From assembly GCF_006345805.1 (NCBI RefSeq), contig NC_042999.1, positions 146,754,001 through 146,818,000 of the forward strand: 64,000 bases of DNA, written 5' to 3'. This document shows positions 42,404-56,140 of the stretch, piece after piece (position 1 is the stretch's first letter; each line of letters begins with the position of its first letter). Source of the stretch: Octopus sinensis (lineage: Eukaryota). The position numbers were made by a program, and so were the translations under genes. Under the pieces are notes generated by a model. That model was not told the origin of the DNA. It searched no databases and worked only from the letters and a program-made list of their open reading frames with translations.

Positions 42404-42408
<5 letters not shown>
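40490..42408 (+). repeat. right arm of the array: ~4.1 inverted copies (ribozyme sense = plus)
   Basis: Marker GTTGCGATAA at 40491, 40957, 41423, 41892 and 42361 (periods 466-469); reverse complement of the left-arm monomer. Confidence 0.97.
41621..41720 (+). ncRNA. predicted type I hammerhead ribozyme (representative copy; others + 40686-40784, 41152-41250, 42090-42187; - 37844-37942, 38314-38413, 38782-38878, 39245-39340, 39708-39806, 40179-40278)
   Basis: Stem I UCUUUA/UAAAGG; core CUGAUGA (41627-33); stem II GUGU/ACAC; GAAA (41699-702); stem III ACGU-UGCU-ACGU; predicted cleavage after GUC at 41714. Folded by eye only. Confidence 0.75.
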
Positions 42409-42441
<33 letters not shown>

Positions 42442-42984
42442 TTATATATATATACATATGTGTGTGTGTATTCGCTAGTAAAGTGGACAATCATAGTTAA
42501 GGATAAGTTGAAATTTATAGTGGTACAAAACAGCTTCTAGTTAGCATTGCAGGAGCATGACAGATATAGCAACCAAATTTTCTTTAAATCACATCATGTC
42601 TTAAATTCCAACTAGCGCATTTTATAATGTAGTCTTGGATAATATATATCCGAGAAGCGGAATGACTGGCCCCAGTTGGAACATCTTTGCTAATAGGGCT
42701 GCTCGATCAAGACTGAGAAATGTGGAACAAAGGAAGGTTTGCCCTACAAGGGTTTCATTTCGTTGTATAATCAATAAATTTCAATTATCGTATAATATGA
42801 TTTCTAACATGACTACAAATTGACCTCCAAAAAGAAGAGATTTATTTATCTAAACTGAAAAACTGAGTTTACCGGGAGTGATTTAAACACAGATGGACGT
42901 AAGTTAAATAATTATAAGTTATTCAATAACCAGCAGTGTACTGAGTTATTTCAAATTTACTACAATTATTGACATATATTTGGC

Positions 42985-43173
42985 TTCAAACTTTGGCACA
43001 AGCCAGCAATTTCAGGGTAACGTGTAAATGGATTACAGGTGCTTATTTTATCGAATCCGAACGGAATGAAAATCAAACTCAACCACAGTGGCGTTGACTC
43101 AGAACGTAAAAACGGACGATATGTTCCTAAACACTTAGCCCGGCGTGCTAACGATTCTGCCAGCTCATTGCCT
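42985..43173 (-). mobile_element. decayed tRNA-derived SINE (same family as 14905-15292)
   Basis: CCCGGCGTGCTAACGATTCTGCCAGCTC head complement; further decayed copies at ~43915-44113, 49440-49667, 50281-50490 and 50490-50705. Confidence 0.7.
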
Positions 43174-45273
43174 TATTTTATAACATATATATTAACGTTT
43201 TGAAAAAGCCCCAGGGAGCAATATTTTGAGGGAAAGATCAATGTATATATCAATCCCATAAATGGTACTTCATTGTATCACTCACAAATTGGAAGTTGAA
43301 CTGCACATTTAAAGATACAGAAATACATACACCAATGCGTTTTGATTGCAAATCTACTAACGCGGAGCCTATAGAGATTTAATAACGATCTCTAGCATAT
43401 CGGTCGGGTTTGACTATCACCGACGATCCGTCCTGCCAAAAGGATATCCTTCACATATCTGAACTGCATCCCATGCATATCTGTTCACGACCAAATAAAT
43501 ATTTCAGCCTTCAACATCTGCTGTTACTCGAGAGCGTCCTGTGAGTATTGATTCGAAATTTGGTTGTTGCACTTTGACCTGAATAATATCACTTGACAAA
43601 TTGGAATTTAATCTTACTGGACATGTTCAATTCCCAGGAGAGAAAACAGCACACCAAAAGTTTTTAGATATATAAATAAGGATTTTTAACACTTGAACGA
43701 TACTGCACTTACTTTTTTGTTGTTGTTTTTGCTGGGACTGTTCAATTATATCTTGTATTTGCCTGATATATTATCCTTCGATTATAGTCGTATGAGGGAC
43801 AAATACAAACCCGCAGGTTTCAAACACAGGCCTCAAAAATCCAGTTAAATACTTCAACGTATATATTTTGATTCTGTTGATTCTGCTATTATGTACAGAA
43901 TATTGATTTCAAATTTTAGCCCAAGGCCAGCACATTTTGTGTTGGGTGGATAAAGTTACATCGTTACCAATACTTGAGTACTTATTTTATTGATCCCGAA
44001 AAGAAGAAAAACAAATTCGACCTCGACACAGTTTGATCTCAGAGCGTAAAGACGGATAAAATGCCGTTAAGTATTTTGCTGGCATGTTATCGATGCTACC
44101 TTCTCACCGTCTTAATGCATAGCAATAATATTAAAACAAGCAGTGAAGTGCTAATAAAAACTCTGTATCTGGGTATCTATTGTTTGTGGAAGATTTAATA
44201 CTGTGATCTTGTACAAAGCACTTTTTCAGTATTTTCGTACTGCTTATCTGGAATGGAAACAGTTCAGTAGAAATACATTGCTATTTCTTATCATAAACAG
44301 TATATATGAGAGCGCGCGCGTGTGTGTAGGTCTGTCAGTCAGTCTTTTTGTCTGAGAATAAAACACAAACGTAGAAAAACAGGAACTTGATACAAAGCAA
44401 AACGTGAGTACAAAACAGTTTTTCGCAATTTCTTTGTTCGTATTTCCTATTAACCTCCTTACCTACATCACAATTTGATATTAAAAGTAGAATTTAGGGC
44501 AACGAAATTAATAGAAAAGGAAAAGTATCGTATTTATTTACGTATCCTTATTTTTAGAATTCAGACCCCACCGTACTCAACTTCGGATTTCAGTCTGTCA
44601 AATACTGTGCCAATGAAATCAACAGAGCGTGTCAAATATTGATTGCTGAAAAGTAATTTGCAATCTGCAAATCTAAGGGATTTTGCTTATGTTTAAAATC
44701 GATAATTAATATTTTGGCAGGCGAAGATAATTATATTTATCGCCTACAATAATGATTATTGATAACTTGTTATTGGTGTGTTGACAGTTTTCATATTGTG
44801 CAATATAATATCTATAGAAACTATTCGACAAACTGTATAGTCGGCTTTCTATATGTATTTGGCTCTCATTTACAATAACATTGTGCGCGGTCAAGCGTAA
44901 AAGTGGCGAGTCAGAAAGTTTAATCATTTGTTGGCATTTCATAAGCAGTTGAATGCACCAACATCAAACTTTCTCGTTCACCAAATGCCACATAGCACAA
45001 GACATTTCAGGCAGTGAAAGCAAAACTAACAGCAGTGCCAAAGCATGATCGCAGATCCAGAAATAAAACTAGTGATAATAAAAAAAAATGACTTCAATAT
45101 TTAGCTGTTCACAGAAACATTCCTTATTAATCCATTATTACAACACAGTTAACGTAACTCGTTTTAATAAAATGTTTGCTGGGTTTTGGTTCAATGCTAC
45201 ATAGTATTATATCATATTATAGACTGCCCAGTCAAAACAATATATAAATATATATGTGTATATATATATATGC

Positions 45274-45377
<104 letters not shown>

Positions 45378-45409
45378 TATATATGTGCGTGTGTGTGTGT
45401 CTGTGTGTG

Positions 45410-45614
45410 TATTAGGTTGGTGCATAATTATTGCGGCTCTTTTCAATAACTTTCATTCAACAAAACAATAACAACACTTAACAAAAACATCTTTAAATGA
45501 TTATTCCAGAGCATATTCGCCATCTACTTCAATTTCTGCTTGGCGTTTTATTTAAATTTTTTGTTGAATAAAATTTATTTAAAAACAAGCCACAATAATT
45601 ATGCACCAACCTAA
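45410..45614. mobile_element. mariner-derived MITE (~205 bp)
   Basis: 27-bp TIRs TTAGGTTGGTGCATAATTATTG(C/T)GGCT at 45412-45438 and 45588-45614 (1 mismatch). The internal minus strand encodes IEVDGEYALE, a mariner C-terminus-like peptide. Confidence 0.85.
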
Positions 45615-45655
45615 CACACACACACACACACACACACAGACACACACACACACAG

Positions 45656-45738
<83 letters not shown>

Positions 45739-45741
<3 letters not shown>

Positions 45742-45880
45742 GGAGAGTTTACGAAAAAAACAAAAGATGTGTGTAGTGGCTAACGATCTATCATATATAT
45801 ATACGGAGAATTTACAAAAAGAAACCAAAATAAAAACAAAAGGCGAAGACAGGTATTGTAGACAACAAACAGATGTGTTA
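45739..45880 (-). mobile_element. fragments of repeat family A (as at 54703-54883)
   Basis: Shares ATGATAGATCG(C/T)TAGCCACTACACAC and CATCTGTTT...CCTGTCTTCG...AATTCTC segments; abuts (TA)n. Confidence 0.6.
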
Positions 45881-46021
45881 GTCTTTTGCCGAATCGCTAA
45901 GTTACGGGGACGCAAACTCACCAACATCGGTTTTCAAGTGATGAGCGTGGGGCAAACACAGGCATACACACACACACATATATAATATATATGGTTATAT
46001 ATACATCTATCTATCTATCTA

Positions 46022-46104
<83 letters not shown>

Positions 46105-48879
46105 ATGTGTGTGTGTGAGTGTGTGTGTGTGTGTGTATGTATATATATATAAACAACTCTGCATAACCATCTGTTTCGTATTTATCTGAAAAGTTGTTTC
46201 CAAGGTTTCACAACCGATGTATCCTAACATACATATGCACACACCTACACATATAACCAACTACACACATATATTTACACAATTGATTAAGATAAATATT
46301 AATTTTGGGGAATTTTGTTTTGCATGCAATCTCCCTATAAGAGACAGACATGACAGCATTTGTAATATGCACGCTAAGAAATACCAAAGAATGGCATGCT
46401 GCTTGTAGCAACCCCAGTGGCAGTGCTCCATTGTATTTCAAGATTAACAAATTTTACCGCATTCCCAGTTTCATGCCATCAGTATGCGTGCTTCGTGTCA
46501 TGCTTTCAGCCTTTGGTTAAATGAATGGGAAGTGGCTGGATAACACAAGGAATTATGGTTGATTGTGTTTTGCATGTTTTGTGCAGTATTTTGTATCATA
46601 TTGCTTCAAGGTATATTAGGAATGAATATTAGAATATCAATAAGAATGGATTCCCTAAATTACTTTTTCGCTTCAGTGTTGGAATCATACTCACAGCTTA
46701 TAGTAATGAGTGTATTACAAAATGTTTTTAAAATTTTAGTGATATTAATGTTTCTTTGTACTTCCATTCGCCTTTGAAAATATTGCATTAAGAAACATTC
46801 CTACAATTCTAGATATATCTTGTAAACATATTCAGTGTTCCTCACTTAGGCACACTGGATTTTAAAACAGCTAGAAATAGCGCTGAACTACACAAAAAGA
46901 AGTAAGTATTATTTATTTGTTGTCACAAGAGGCACTGTCTTCTGAACAATTACAGTCTGTCCAATTCCACAGAATAAGACGACATGCTGTGAGCGGTACG
47001 TTGTAGCTAGCATCGGACTAAATAAGTTATAAATAGTTCTCCTTAAATCACAGTCGTCTGTCAGCAGCAGCAGCAGCAGCAGCAGAGACAGAGATGTAAT
47101 TACCCAGATTTGCAGTTTTAACTATCACCTAATTGGCCGAATCCAATACAGCTCCTTGTCGTACTTCATTTCACAAAGAATTGTTTGTAAGACTGCGCGC
47201 GCATCAACGTCTGAGTGACAAGACTGCGAACCAGCAACAAATTCTTAGAAATTTAATCGATGCATTATTCTGTGAGAGGACGTTTTGTTGCCTTTCTAAA
47301 CATATAAAGCTATTTATTTGCAGACGTACATACACATATACACACACACACATATATATATATATATAGACATGAATACATATATACATACACACATACA
47401 TATATACATGTGCACTCACACACACAAACACACACGCACACACACACATATATATATATATACGTATATGTTGTGTCTGTTTCTCTCCATATATATATAC
47501 ATGCACAAACACAACTTTACACACACACGCATACGCACACAAAAATATATACAGAGAATGAGAACGAGAAGGAGGGAGAGAGTGAGATAGAGAAAGAGAG
47601 AGAGGGGAGGTCTATGTGTCCATGGAAGTGTGTATAGAAGCGTGAGTGCCTAGTTACCTATTTTCTTGAATTCGATTTCATACGATAACTTTTTCTGAAC
47701 GGTAAGAAGCTTACAAATAAATTAAGCTGTTAATATATCACAGTATAATTGTGTTTATTGTGTGTACTTCTTAATGAAAAGAATGATACAAACATAGCTA
47801 CATACATACATACGTACATACACACAGAGACAAACACATGACTATATATATTCAATAGATTCACTACAAGTGTTAGATATATGAAGACTTTGTAACAATA
47901 GCTAATAAGTAATACGTTGTTGAAAGGTAACTTGCTAAAGAAAGAATCTTTAAGATATATTCCTATAGAAATAGTTAGATTGTGAAATAGGTACAAAATA
48001 ATGATAAAACTGATTTTCAACAAATAGGAAAGAAAAATAGAATCATTTTCTGACAAATGGAGAGAAGCAGAATTAGATTTGCCAAGCTAAAAAAAATTCG
48101 ATGCTAAACCATACATTGATAAATACAAATATTGCGTTTTCGGTTTTGGCTTGACAGTTTCAAACAAGTCTTTTTTTATTTAAGTCAGTATATTCCAACT
48201 AGGTTAAATATAAAATGTTAAAACATTAGGCATCTATATTTTAGTTCCTTCATGGAGAGCTTATACTATATTTAACTGGTCATTAAAGGAGTTAGCAAGC
48301 CTTGAAAGGAAAGAATAAAAAGAATGAATTTAGAATACAACACTCGGCATCTGAAAGAGAAAGATTATATATACAACATATACTGCGGGCTAGTATTGTC
48401 AGGAAAGTAGAAAAGTATTATAAAGGTTCTCTTGAGAACTAAGAATATACAGGATATAGAACCAAGTGAATATTAATACAAACAGCTACAAAACAAGACT
48501 AAAACAGAACACAGTATTCAAGAAAGCCAAGAAATACAAAACGCAACCTTTAATGACAGATATTTATATCGCGATAGGAACACCCTCACACAAATTAGGA
48601 AAAAGCTAAACCTTTGCCCAAAAGGGAACAACAAAATCAAAGCTGCGACTAAAGGATATTTGGAGATAGAGGATCGAATCTTTCCATTTACAAGCCACCA
48701 AAAACACGTAAAAATACAATGTATTACAGGTTTGCAAAATACGAGGAAATAGGAAAGAAACAAGCACATACACCGGCTGCCCAGTCTTCCCCTCTCTTTT
48801 TATGCACATACATATGAATACACACACGCACACAAACACACACATACACACACACATAGATAGATAAAGATAGATATTG

Positions 48880-49077
48880 CCGGTATGGGGTTCTCCTGGG
48901 TTTCACGTGCATAAAGCGCTTGGTTTATTGAGTTTCTTCAGACCTTAAACCCGTTGGCGTATGGCTTCTCTAGCAAGTCTTGAGAAGCCATAGGCCAACA
49001 GGTTTAGGGTCTGAAGAAACACTGTAAAAGGTAAGCACTTTATGGACGTGAAACCCAGTGAAAACCCCACAGACCGG
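48880..49077. repeat. ~200-bp imperfect palindrome (fold-back element)
   Basis: 39-bp core arms 48932-48970 and 48982-49020 differ at 3 positions. Outer arms CTGGGTTTCACGT/ACGTGAAACCCAG and CCGGT/ACCGG extend the fold. Confidence 0.9.
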
Positions 49078-49674
49078 ACATATCTGTCTTTATATACACC
49101 ACTGCTCTATAACTTAGAGTGTACTTCTGTTTCCTTTTCCGGATTTATGATTCACTGACGATGCACACACCCCACACATGTATATATACATATCCATTCT
49201 TAGTTATATATAGTGGTAAATCAGGATAGATGCTATAAAAGGGTTGGAGTCGATCACATTAAGTTATCCTATTTCATAGACCTTCATGTAGAGAAGGCAA
49301 ATTGTAACTGGCAGAATTAGCATATCATATACAGATATAAAACTAAGTCGTGACATTCGAATTAAATGCTGAACTACTGACTCTATCAAACACTTCTGAT
49401 GAAAATAGCAATAACGACAATTATAATAAATAATAAGAATAATCCTTTCTGCTAAAGGCACAAGCCCTGACATTTTGTGGGAGGGGGCTAGTTGATAATA
49501 TCGACCCCAGTGTTTCACTGGCACTTAATCTATCGACCTCGAAACGATTAAAGGTAAAGCCGAGCTCGGTGAAATTTGAACTCAAAACGTTTCGTCCAGC
49601 ATGCTATCGATTTTGGTCAAAACATTTCATCCAGCGTGCTAAGGATTCTGCCAGCTCGACGCCTTAGAAATAAT

Positions 49675-50202
49675 CTCTCGTGGCTTCTGATCTTAATTGA
49701 TTGGAAATGTTATCATGTACATTGTTTTGTCTTGGTATAAAGATAGGCTACAGCAAATATTCTGCTCAATACCACAGATTTGCTTATCAGTTGTTTGACC
49801 TTAACAAGTTGAGCATGTCCCTTAGTGGCTGACGATATGTGCATCTCTGATCACAAGCAGAAGTAATGAGGGAGCATCATAGCCATGTGTTGAGAGGGAT
49901 TCTTTGGGGTTTGAATAATTCACCTCTGGAAACATGGGTGTTTCATTCAACATCCTTAAACAATCCTTATTCAGGGACCTTTTGAGTTGGATGGGTTACT
50001 CGACCAGAAGAAAATTCTAACTGGGCTCCACCTGCAAGGTCATGTGCTGTTTATCTTGATATGAGATCACTATGTCGCGCACATATGGTTGTGATGCACG
50101 TGCCTAGTATATCCTTATCAGACAGGTAGTCATGATGGGTATACTGGGCTTCGTATATTTTACCCTAGTGTCACTTTGATGGCATGCACTGCTCTCTCAC
50201 TC
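49675..50202 (-). mobile_element. (ATT)n-associated repeat, copy 3 (longest)
   Basis: Reverse complement of copy 1; abuts (AAT)n at 50203-50283. Confidence 0.85.
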
Positions 50203-50255
<53 letters not shown>

Positions 50256-50719
50256 TAATAATGATAATAATAACAATAATAATCCTTTCTACTGAATGCA
50301 CAAGGCTTGAAATTTGGGGGATGGGGATAGTCGATTATATCGACTCCACTTTTCAACTGGTCCTTAACTTATCTACCCCGAAAAGATCTAAGGCCAAGTC
50401 GTCCTCGGCAGGGTTTGACCTCAGAACATAATGGCGGACGAAATACTTTAAAGTGTTTTGCCCGGCCTGCTAACGATTTTACCAGCTCGGTTTCAAATTC
50501 TAGTACAAGGCCAGTAATTTCAGGGAAATGGGGAAAACGGATTGCATTGACGTTAGAGTTCGATTTCTACTTATTTTAGCAACCCCCCGCCCCGAGAGGA
50601 TGAAAGGCGAACTCGATCTCGGCGAGACTTGAACTCGGAACGCAAAGACGGACAAAATGCTGTTAAGTATTTTGTCCGGTCATCTTACGATTCTATTTGC
50701 TAATCGCCCAAATAATAAT

Positions 50720-50823
50720 GGTAATAACAATAATGATGAAGATGATGATGATGATCATGATGATCATGATGATGATCATGATGCTAATTATGATCATGAT
50801 AATGATGATGATGATGGTGGTGG

Positions 50824-50892
<69 letters not shown>
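50720..50892. repeat. (GAT)n microsatellite region
   Basis: Direct reading; source of the poly-D/poly-M/poly-I ORFs. Confidence 0.95.
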
Positions 50893-50908
<16 letters not shown>

Positions 50909-53900
50909 GGTTCCATTAAGAGGCGTTTTCATCGTTTTTGTCTCGAAATTAGTGCCTAGCATCCCTAATATCAATTTGAATAATTATGATGCATTCCAGA
51001 TTTAGCACGAAACCAGTAAAATGAGAAACACAAAAAAACGAAAAAAAAAAACAAAAAAAAAACAATGAAAATTGCTGCAGCGATGTATAATCGATTGAAA
51101 CGAGTCCTCTTTAGAAATTTATTTTTTATTTTTTAATTTCACTTTAAGGATATTTTCAGCAATTATAAAAGTAGTCTTTCTCGAGAAGTAAGGCCCTGCA
51201 TTCGGTAGAATTAATCATATGGCAAGTAGATTAAGAATAGTTAACTGGCCATATGGTTTCTGTAACTTCCATTTTTTTTTTCTTTTTAGAAATAAATGAC
51301 CAAAGATGCTCAAAAGGCATAACGCAGCATCTGCAGTGAAGTGCAGTCACCAATCGATAATCTATTGTGTGTTGCCCAAGGAAATTTCGAAGATTCGACA
51401 GAGTGGTATAATATATCAAGACAAATCTATTCATTAGGCTTATAATCTAATCAGAAATAGGAAATATCTGAAAATATTTGGCAACCGTTTCTGGATGTAG
51501 TTTACATAGTGTGTGTTTATTTTCATCTATTAGTCATGATCAATACAATGCCCATAAACAACTATAGGGTCTCCGAAACGGGTAGCAGACTGGAAGGAAA
51601 ATATTCCCAAACCAGAAACCCAACATGAGTGCGTAAAACAAAATGGACTCCTCTGAAGGCTTTCAAAGAATCAGGTGATGGCGTCAAGTCAACAATAATA
51701 GAACTAACGTTACAAGTTTTCTAGTAGACTTCCGTATTTTCAGAATTGAGAACTAGCAGGGTTGTTATTCTGAGATGTTTTTCCAATCGATAAAGCTGCA
51801 AAAAAATTTCGTAATAGAAACATTTAGATGTTACTATTTCCTTTTAATTTTCAGTATTTTGTTGTTCTTTAAGTATGAGGGTTATTTATACACTCACTTT
51901 CTCATGGTTTACCAGCTTTAAACAACACTGGAATCGATATTAGTAGCACATAGGAATTACACAAATAAGTCATAATTCATACAAAACTCTTCATATTGGA
52001 CATCGCAGATAAGATACGGAGATGTCGACATCAAATAACGAAGTTGTAAATATCTCTAGAAACGAAATAGTCTTGACGGGAGTGGTTTTGATTGTAGTTC
52101 TGCTTCATCAGTGTTGTTCTAGGGATAAACAAAAACTAGTAAGTTATAATTAGTCTTAAAGATGTTATTTTGCGTGTTGGAAGCTGTCTGTCTCTATGGA
52201 CTCTTGAAACCGACCAGTATGCATTGAAAATGGAGAAGTTATAACACTTCGATTATGTTTGATTATGTTCGTTAACAGACATACAACCAGTTTATACATT
52301 TTAGACTGCAAGAATGAATGTTTACAAAATAATTCTGATTCTGCTATTAATGCCGCTCTATGTCCATTGTCAACATATTTAGCGTTTGAGAGACTTCTTT
52401 TATATGCAACTAACATTGCCAGAAAAATCTCGCTGTTGTAAAGACTGGAAGAGATGTTTCCTTTTCGGAGCTATGCACCACTTGATGTTATAACAAAAAT
52501 ACGCCGAATTTTATTAATGGATCCAAGTTTAATTCAGACGACGAGAAATTTGTTGGCTACACTTAAACGTCCACATCACTGAAGGCAAGGAATTTATTTG
52601 TCCAGAAGAGCATTGGAAGTCGATACCAATTTCTTGAGGTATAGCATAGATACCATTTTAACTGTACTGGTACATTTTCAATATTTCTAGAAGATCTATA
52701 AACACATCTGCCCTTCTTAAAGGTCGTGTACTTAATCTTGGAATCTAATAAAATCTCGAATAAAGTGTCGAAATGAAACAACTTCAGCGGAATGAACATC
52801 TCCGTAATAATTAGTTGTCCAGTACTTTAAACACCTCACATTTTAGCAGCTATTCTTCAATAATATCCGTCTTGTATTGAAAGCAAACTGAATGATATGG
52901 CTAAAGGAACGTGTCAAGCTATTTACGAAATAATAATCTTCACGTGAAATAGTAAATTCGACCATTTCTAATCAGGAGGTGAGATAAATTTGTAAGGAAA
53001 CATTGAAGCAAATGATGGAAATTCATAGGTGGTGTGATAACAATGATGAAGTGGAAGAAGTGAATAGAAAGATTTCGATTAAGGTAACTTTTGAAACGGT
53101 AATCGGCGCAATTGTAAAGCCAAATTCCTGATGCTGCATGTGAATAAAGTTGAACAAGTTCTTACTCGTTGAATTATCGGAATTTATGAAACAATCTATT
53201 GAAAACAGAAAATAATTTCCTGAAAAATATGAGAAATATTTCTAAACAGATAAATTCTGGGAGTTTTAACTTATTGTATTCACTTAATGATAACAACAAT
53301 AAGAACAACAACAACAATAAAAGATGTTGTTGTTGATGATGATGATGATGATTAAGAAGACGATCAAGATTAAATTTTACATTTATTAACCGGTGTGGCC
53401 CATAGATTCAGAACAATAACCTTAAGATCTACAAATGATGTGAGAGAACACGTAGTACTAATATTAAATGCTGGATGTGGCAAATTCGTTCTATAATATA
53501 TGAAGCTTTTAAAATTTGTAATTAAAAAGAGGTACATTACTCAAGCTCAGTAAATATATCCATTTACAATAAGTGACTGTGCCTTATGGATATTTTGTTC
53601 CAATGCTTTAATGTACAATACAACATTCTAAAAAATTTTCTGACAATACTATTTGCATAGCCAGATGTAAACTGTTTAGAGACATACATACACTCACACC
53701 TACACTATAAATTTGAAAACAGAAGAGACCAACAGGACTAGTTACAGTCATCGATTGAGATATCAACGGTGCCTGGATACCTAATTTAAAAAGTCACAGC
53801 CATAATACTTATAAGCCCAATATAAGCTAATTGCTTCAGTTAGGTGGACAGAGTAGCTTGCTTCTAAAACAATCGAGAGTTATTTTTATTGGTAAATTCA

Positions 53901-54525
53901 TGTCTGTTAAGGGTATGCTGTGATATTGCGTCTTGTAATTCACAGAATATTTCAACTTACTTTCTGGCCGGATTCTAATTCATTATAAATGAATATATAT
54001 ATAGTTTACTCCTCCGTTAAAATTAGGATCAACAAAAGTTACTCGATCCAGTGTCATATAAATAGTATTTAATATACACAATTTTAAATAGAGTTAAAAC
54101 ACTGGAGTGAACATTTCTCAAAACAAAAAGTAAATATTGTATTAAAGTCTAAATAAAACTAACAACCGCGTCAAGTAAGAGATCTGCAGACCAACAATCT
54201 AACTACATTCATTAGTGAACCCAATGACCTGAAGCTGATACACCCAAACATGCACACCTAATTAAAAGTTCTGCATGCATGAATAAATACTAACAATTTG
54301 TAGTTCCCCAAATTTAATCAATAAAATGTCACCATACAATCTTCCAACCACAACCTAGCATATAGTCTAATTATCATTTAACAAAGCTCGAGTTACAATA
54401 GAATATTTTAACTTAACAGAGACTATATAAAACCGACTTGAATTAAATGCACGATGGTTTAGCAGACAGAAACATCGAAGTCACTATCAATACTATTCTT
54501 ATATATATATATATATAATATATAT

Positions 54526-54562
<37 letters not shown>

Positions 54563-54702
54563 GTATAGTTATAAAAATATATTTACAGCTAAGGGCTACT
54601 GAAAATGATCATCGCCAATTATATATATATATATATATGTATGTTTATGTATATATTAACATACACACTCACACATACATATGTATATTTATATCATTCG
54701 CC

Positions 54703-54883
54703 ATGATAGATCGCTAGCCACTACACACACTTTTTCTCTCCTTGTTTCTTTCTGTGTTCCTCTCTGTGGAAGAGCGTAGGCTCGAAACGTTAAAGACTAT
54801 TTCAATTCCCGAGCGTTATACTAATACATCTGTTTATTTTCTACACCACCTGTCTTCGTCTTGTTTTTTTTGTGAATTCTCAG
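54703..54883 (+). mobile_element. Penelope-like repeat fragment, family A, with degenerate hammerhead-like motif
   Basis: CUGUGGA-A-GAGC-GUAG-GCUC-GAAAC-GUU-AAAG at 54764-54795; the 3' end runs into (TA)n. Confidence 0.5.
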
Positions 54884-54894
54884 TATATATATAT

Positions 54895-54948
<54 letters not shown>

Positions 54949-54966
54949 ATATTTATACATATATAA

Positions 54967-55128
54967 AGTTAATCCAAACAAGAAAGCACAAAAAAACACA
55001 ACAACGCGAGGACGTGGAACAAATATAGTATTATTGGATGCTCAGGAATGAAGGAAAGAAGGAGGGTTTAACGTTTCGAGCGGAGCTCTTCGTCGGAAAC
55101 ATAGGAGAAGGAAAGATCCAGAGAAGGA
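54967..55128 (-). mobile_element. Penelope-like repeat fragment, family B (second copy)
   Basis: Reverse complement of 13380-13542; the 35-nt motif at 55066-55100 is identical to 13410-13444. Confidence 0.6.
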
Positions 55129-55583
55129 TACATACATATGTATGTGCCAGTTTCTGCTGTGTGTGTAGTACACACAGTGTACGTGTATCTTAATGTTGCC
55201 TGTGTATTTATATACACATATATATCTTCATACATATATGTGTGTATACATACATGCATACGTACATGCACATACAACAGTTGTATTCATTACTTTTGTG
55301 CGTTTTCTGAATGAATGTTTCATAATATCATTTCACTCTTTAAGGGCTAAGATGAAACATCAACAATTTGTTTCCATTTTTCAAGTGACGACAGAAAACA
55401 AATTACTTATAGACAAATAAATGTTATAGAAAGCAGGTGTCTTTATATTCTACGCATTTCCAGCCTGTATTTGCGTCTTTTTTTGCAGTATTAAATCATC
55501 GCGGTTCTTTAAAATCTGGTAGATACTTCAACCGTCAAGATTCCCCAAATCGATATTGATTTGAAAACCTTATTGTTATTATT

Positions 55584-56012
55584 GAGAGAGCAATGCATAC
55601 CATAAAAGTGACACTGGGTTACAGATATACGCAGCCCAATATACCCATCATGACTAGACATGGAGATCTCATACAAAGATAAACGGCAAATCAACTTGCA
55701 GGTGAGGCCCTGTTAGAATTTTTTCACGTCGAATAGCCCATCCCACTCAAAAGGTCCCTGAAAAAGGTTTGTTTAAAGATGCTGGACGTAATACCCATGT
55801 TTCCAAAGGTGAAGTATTAAAATTCCTCTCAACACATGGCTATAATCCTCCCCTACTGCTACTGCATATAGTCAGCCACTAAGGGACATGTTTATGGTCA
55901 AACAACTGACAAGCAAATCTACGTCATTGCAGCAGTCCATCACTTATATTAAGACAAAACGTGTACATGATAACACTTCCAAACAGTTTAGACAAAAGCC
56001 CTGAGAGCCACT
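55584..56012 (+). mobile_element. (ATT)n-associated repeat, copy 4 (more diverged)
   Basis: GAGAGAGCAATGCATACCATAAAAGTGACACTGGG start after TTATTATT; several internal deletions. Confidence 0.8.
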
Positions 56013-56076
56013 GTTTGCTATTGCATTATGATTGCAGCTGTCTTTGATGTTGTTTGTGTTGTTGTTGTTGTTATTG

Positions 56077-56140
<64 letters not shown>

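Noticed and set aside
37718-42408. Array as a CRISPR locus or coding repeat
   Set aside because: The whole 469-bp unit repeats with no unique spacers, there are no cas genes, the context is eukaryotic, and no ORF >=60 aa is present.
49008-49068. CUGAAGA...GAAAC inside the 200-bp palindrome as a hammerhead
   Set aside because: The implied triplet is GUG, stem II is only 2 bp, and stem I does not pair.
51900-53000. Several short ORFs in non-repetitive-looking DNA
   Set aside because: No recognisable motif or splice-supported exon chain; possibly an old transposon, but I cannot support a call.
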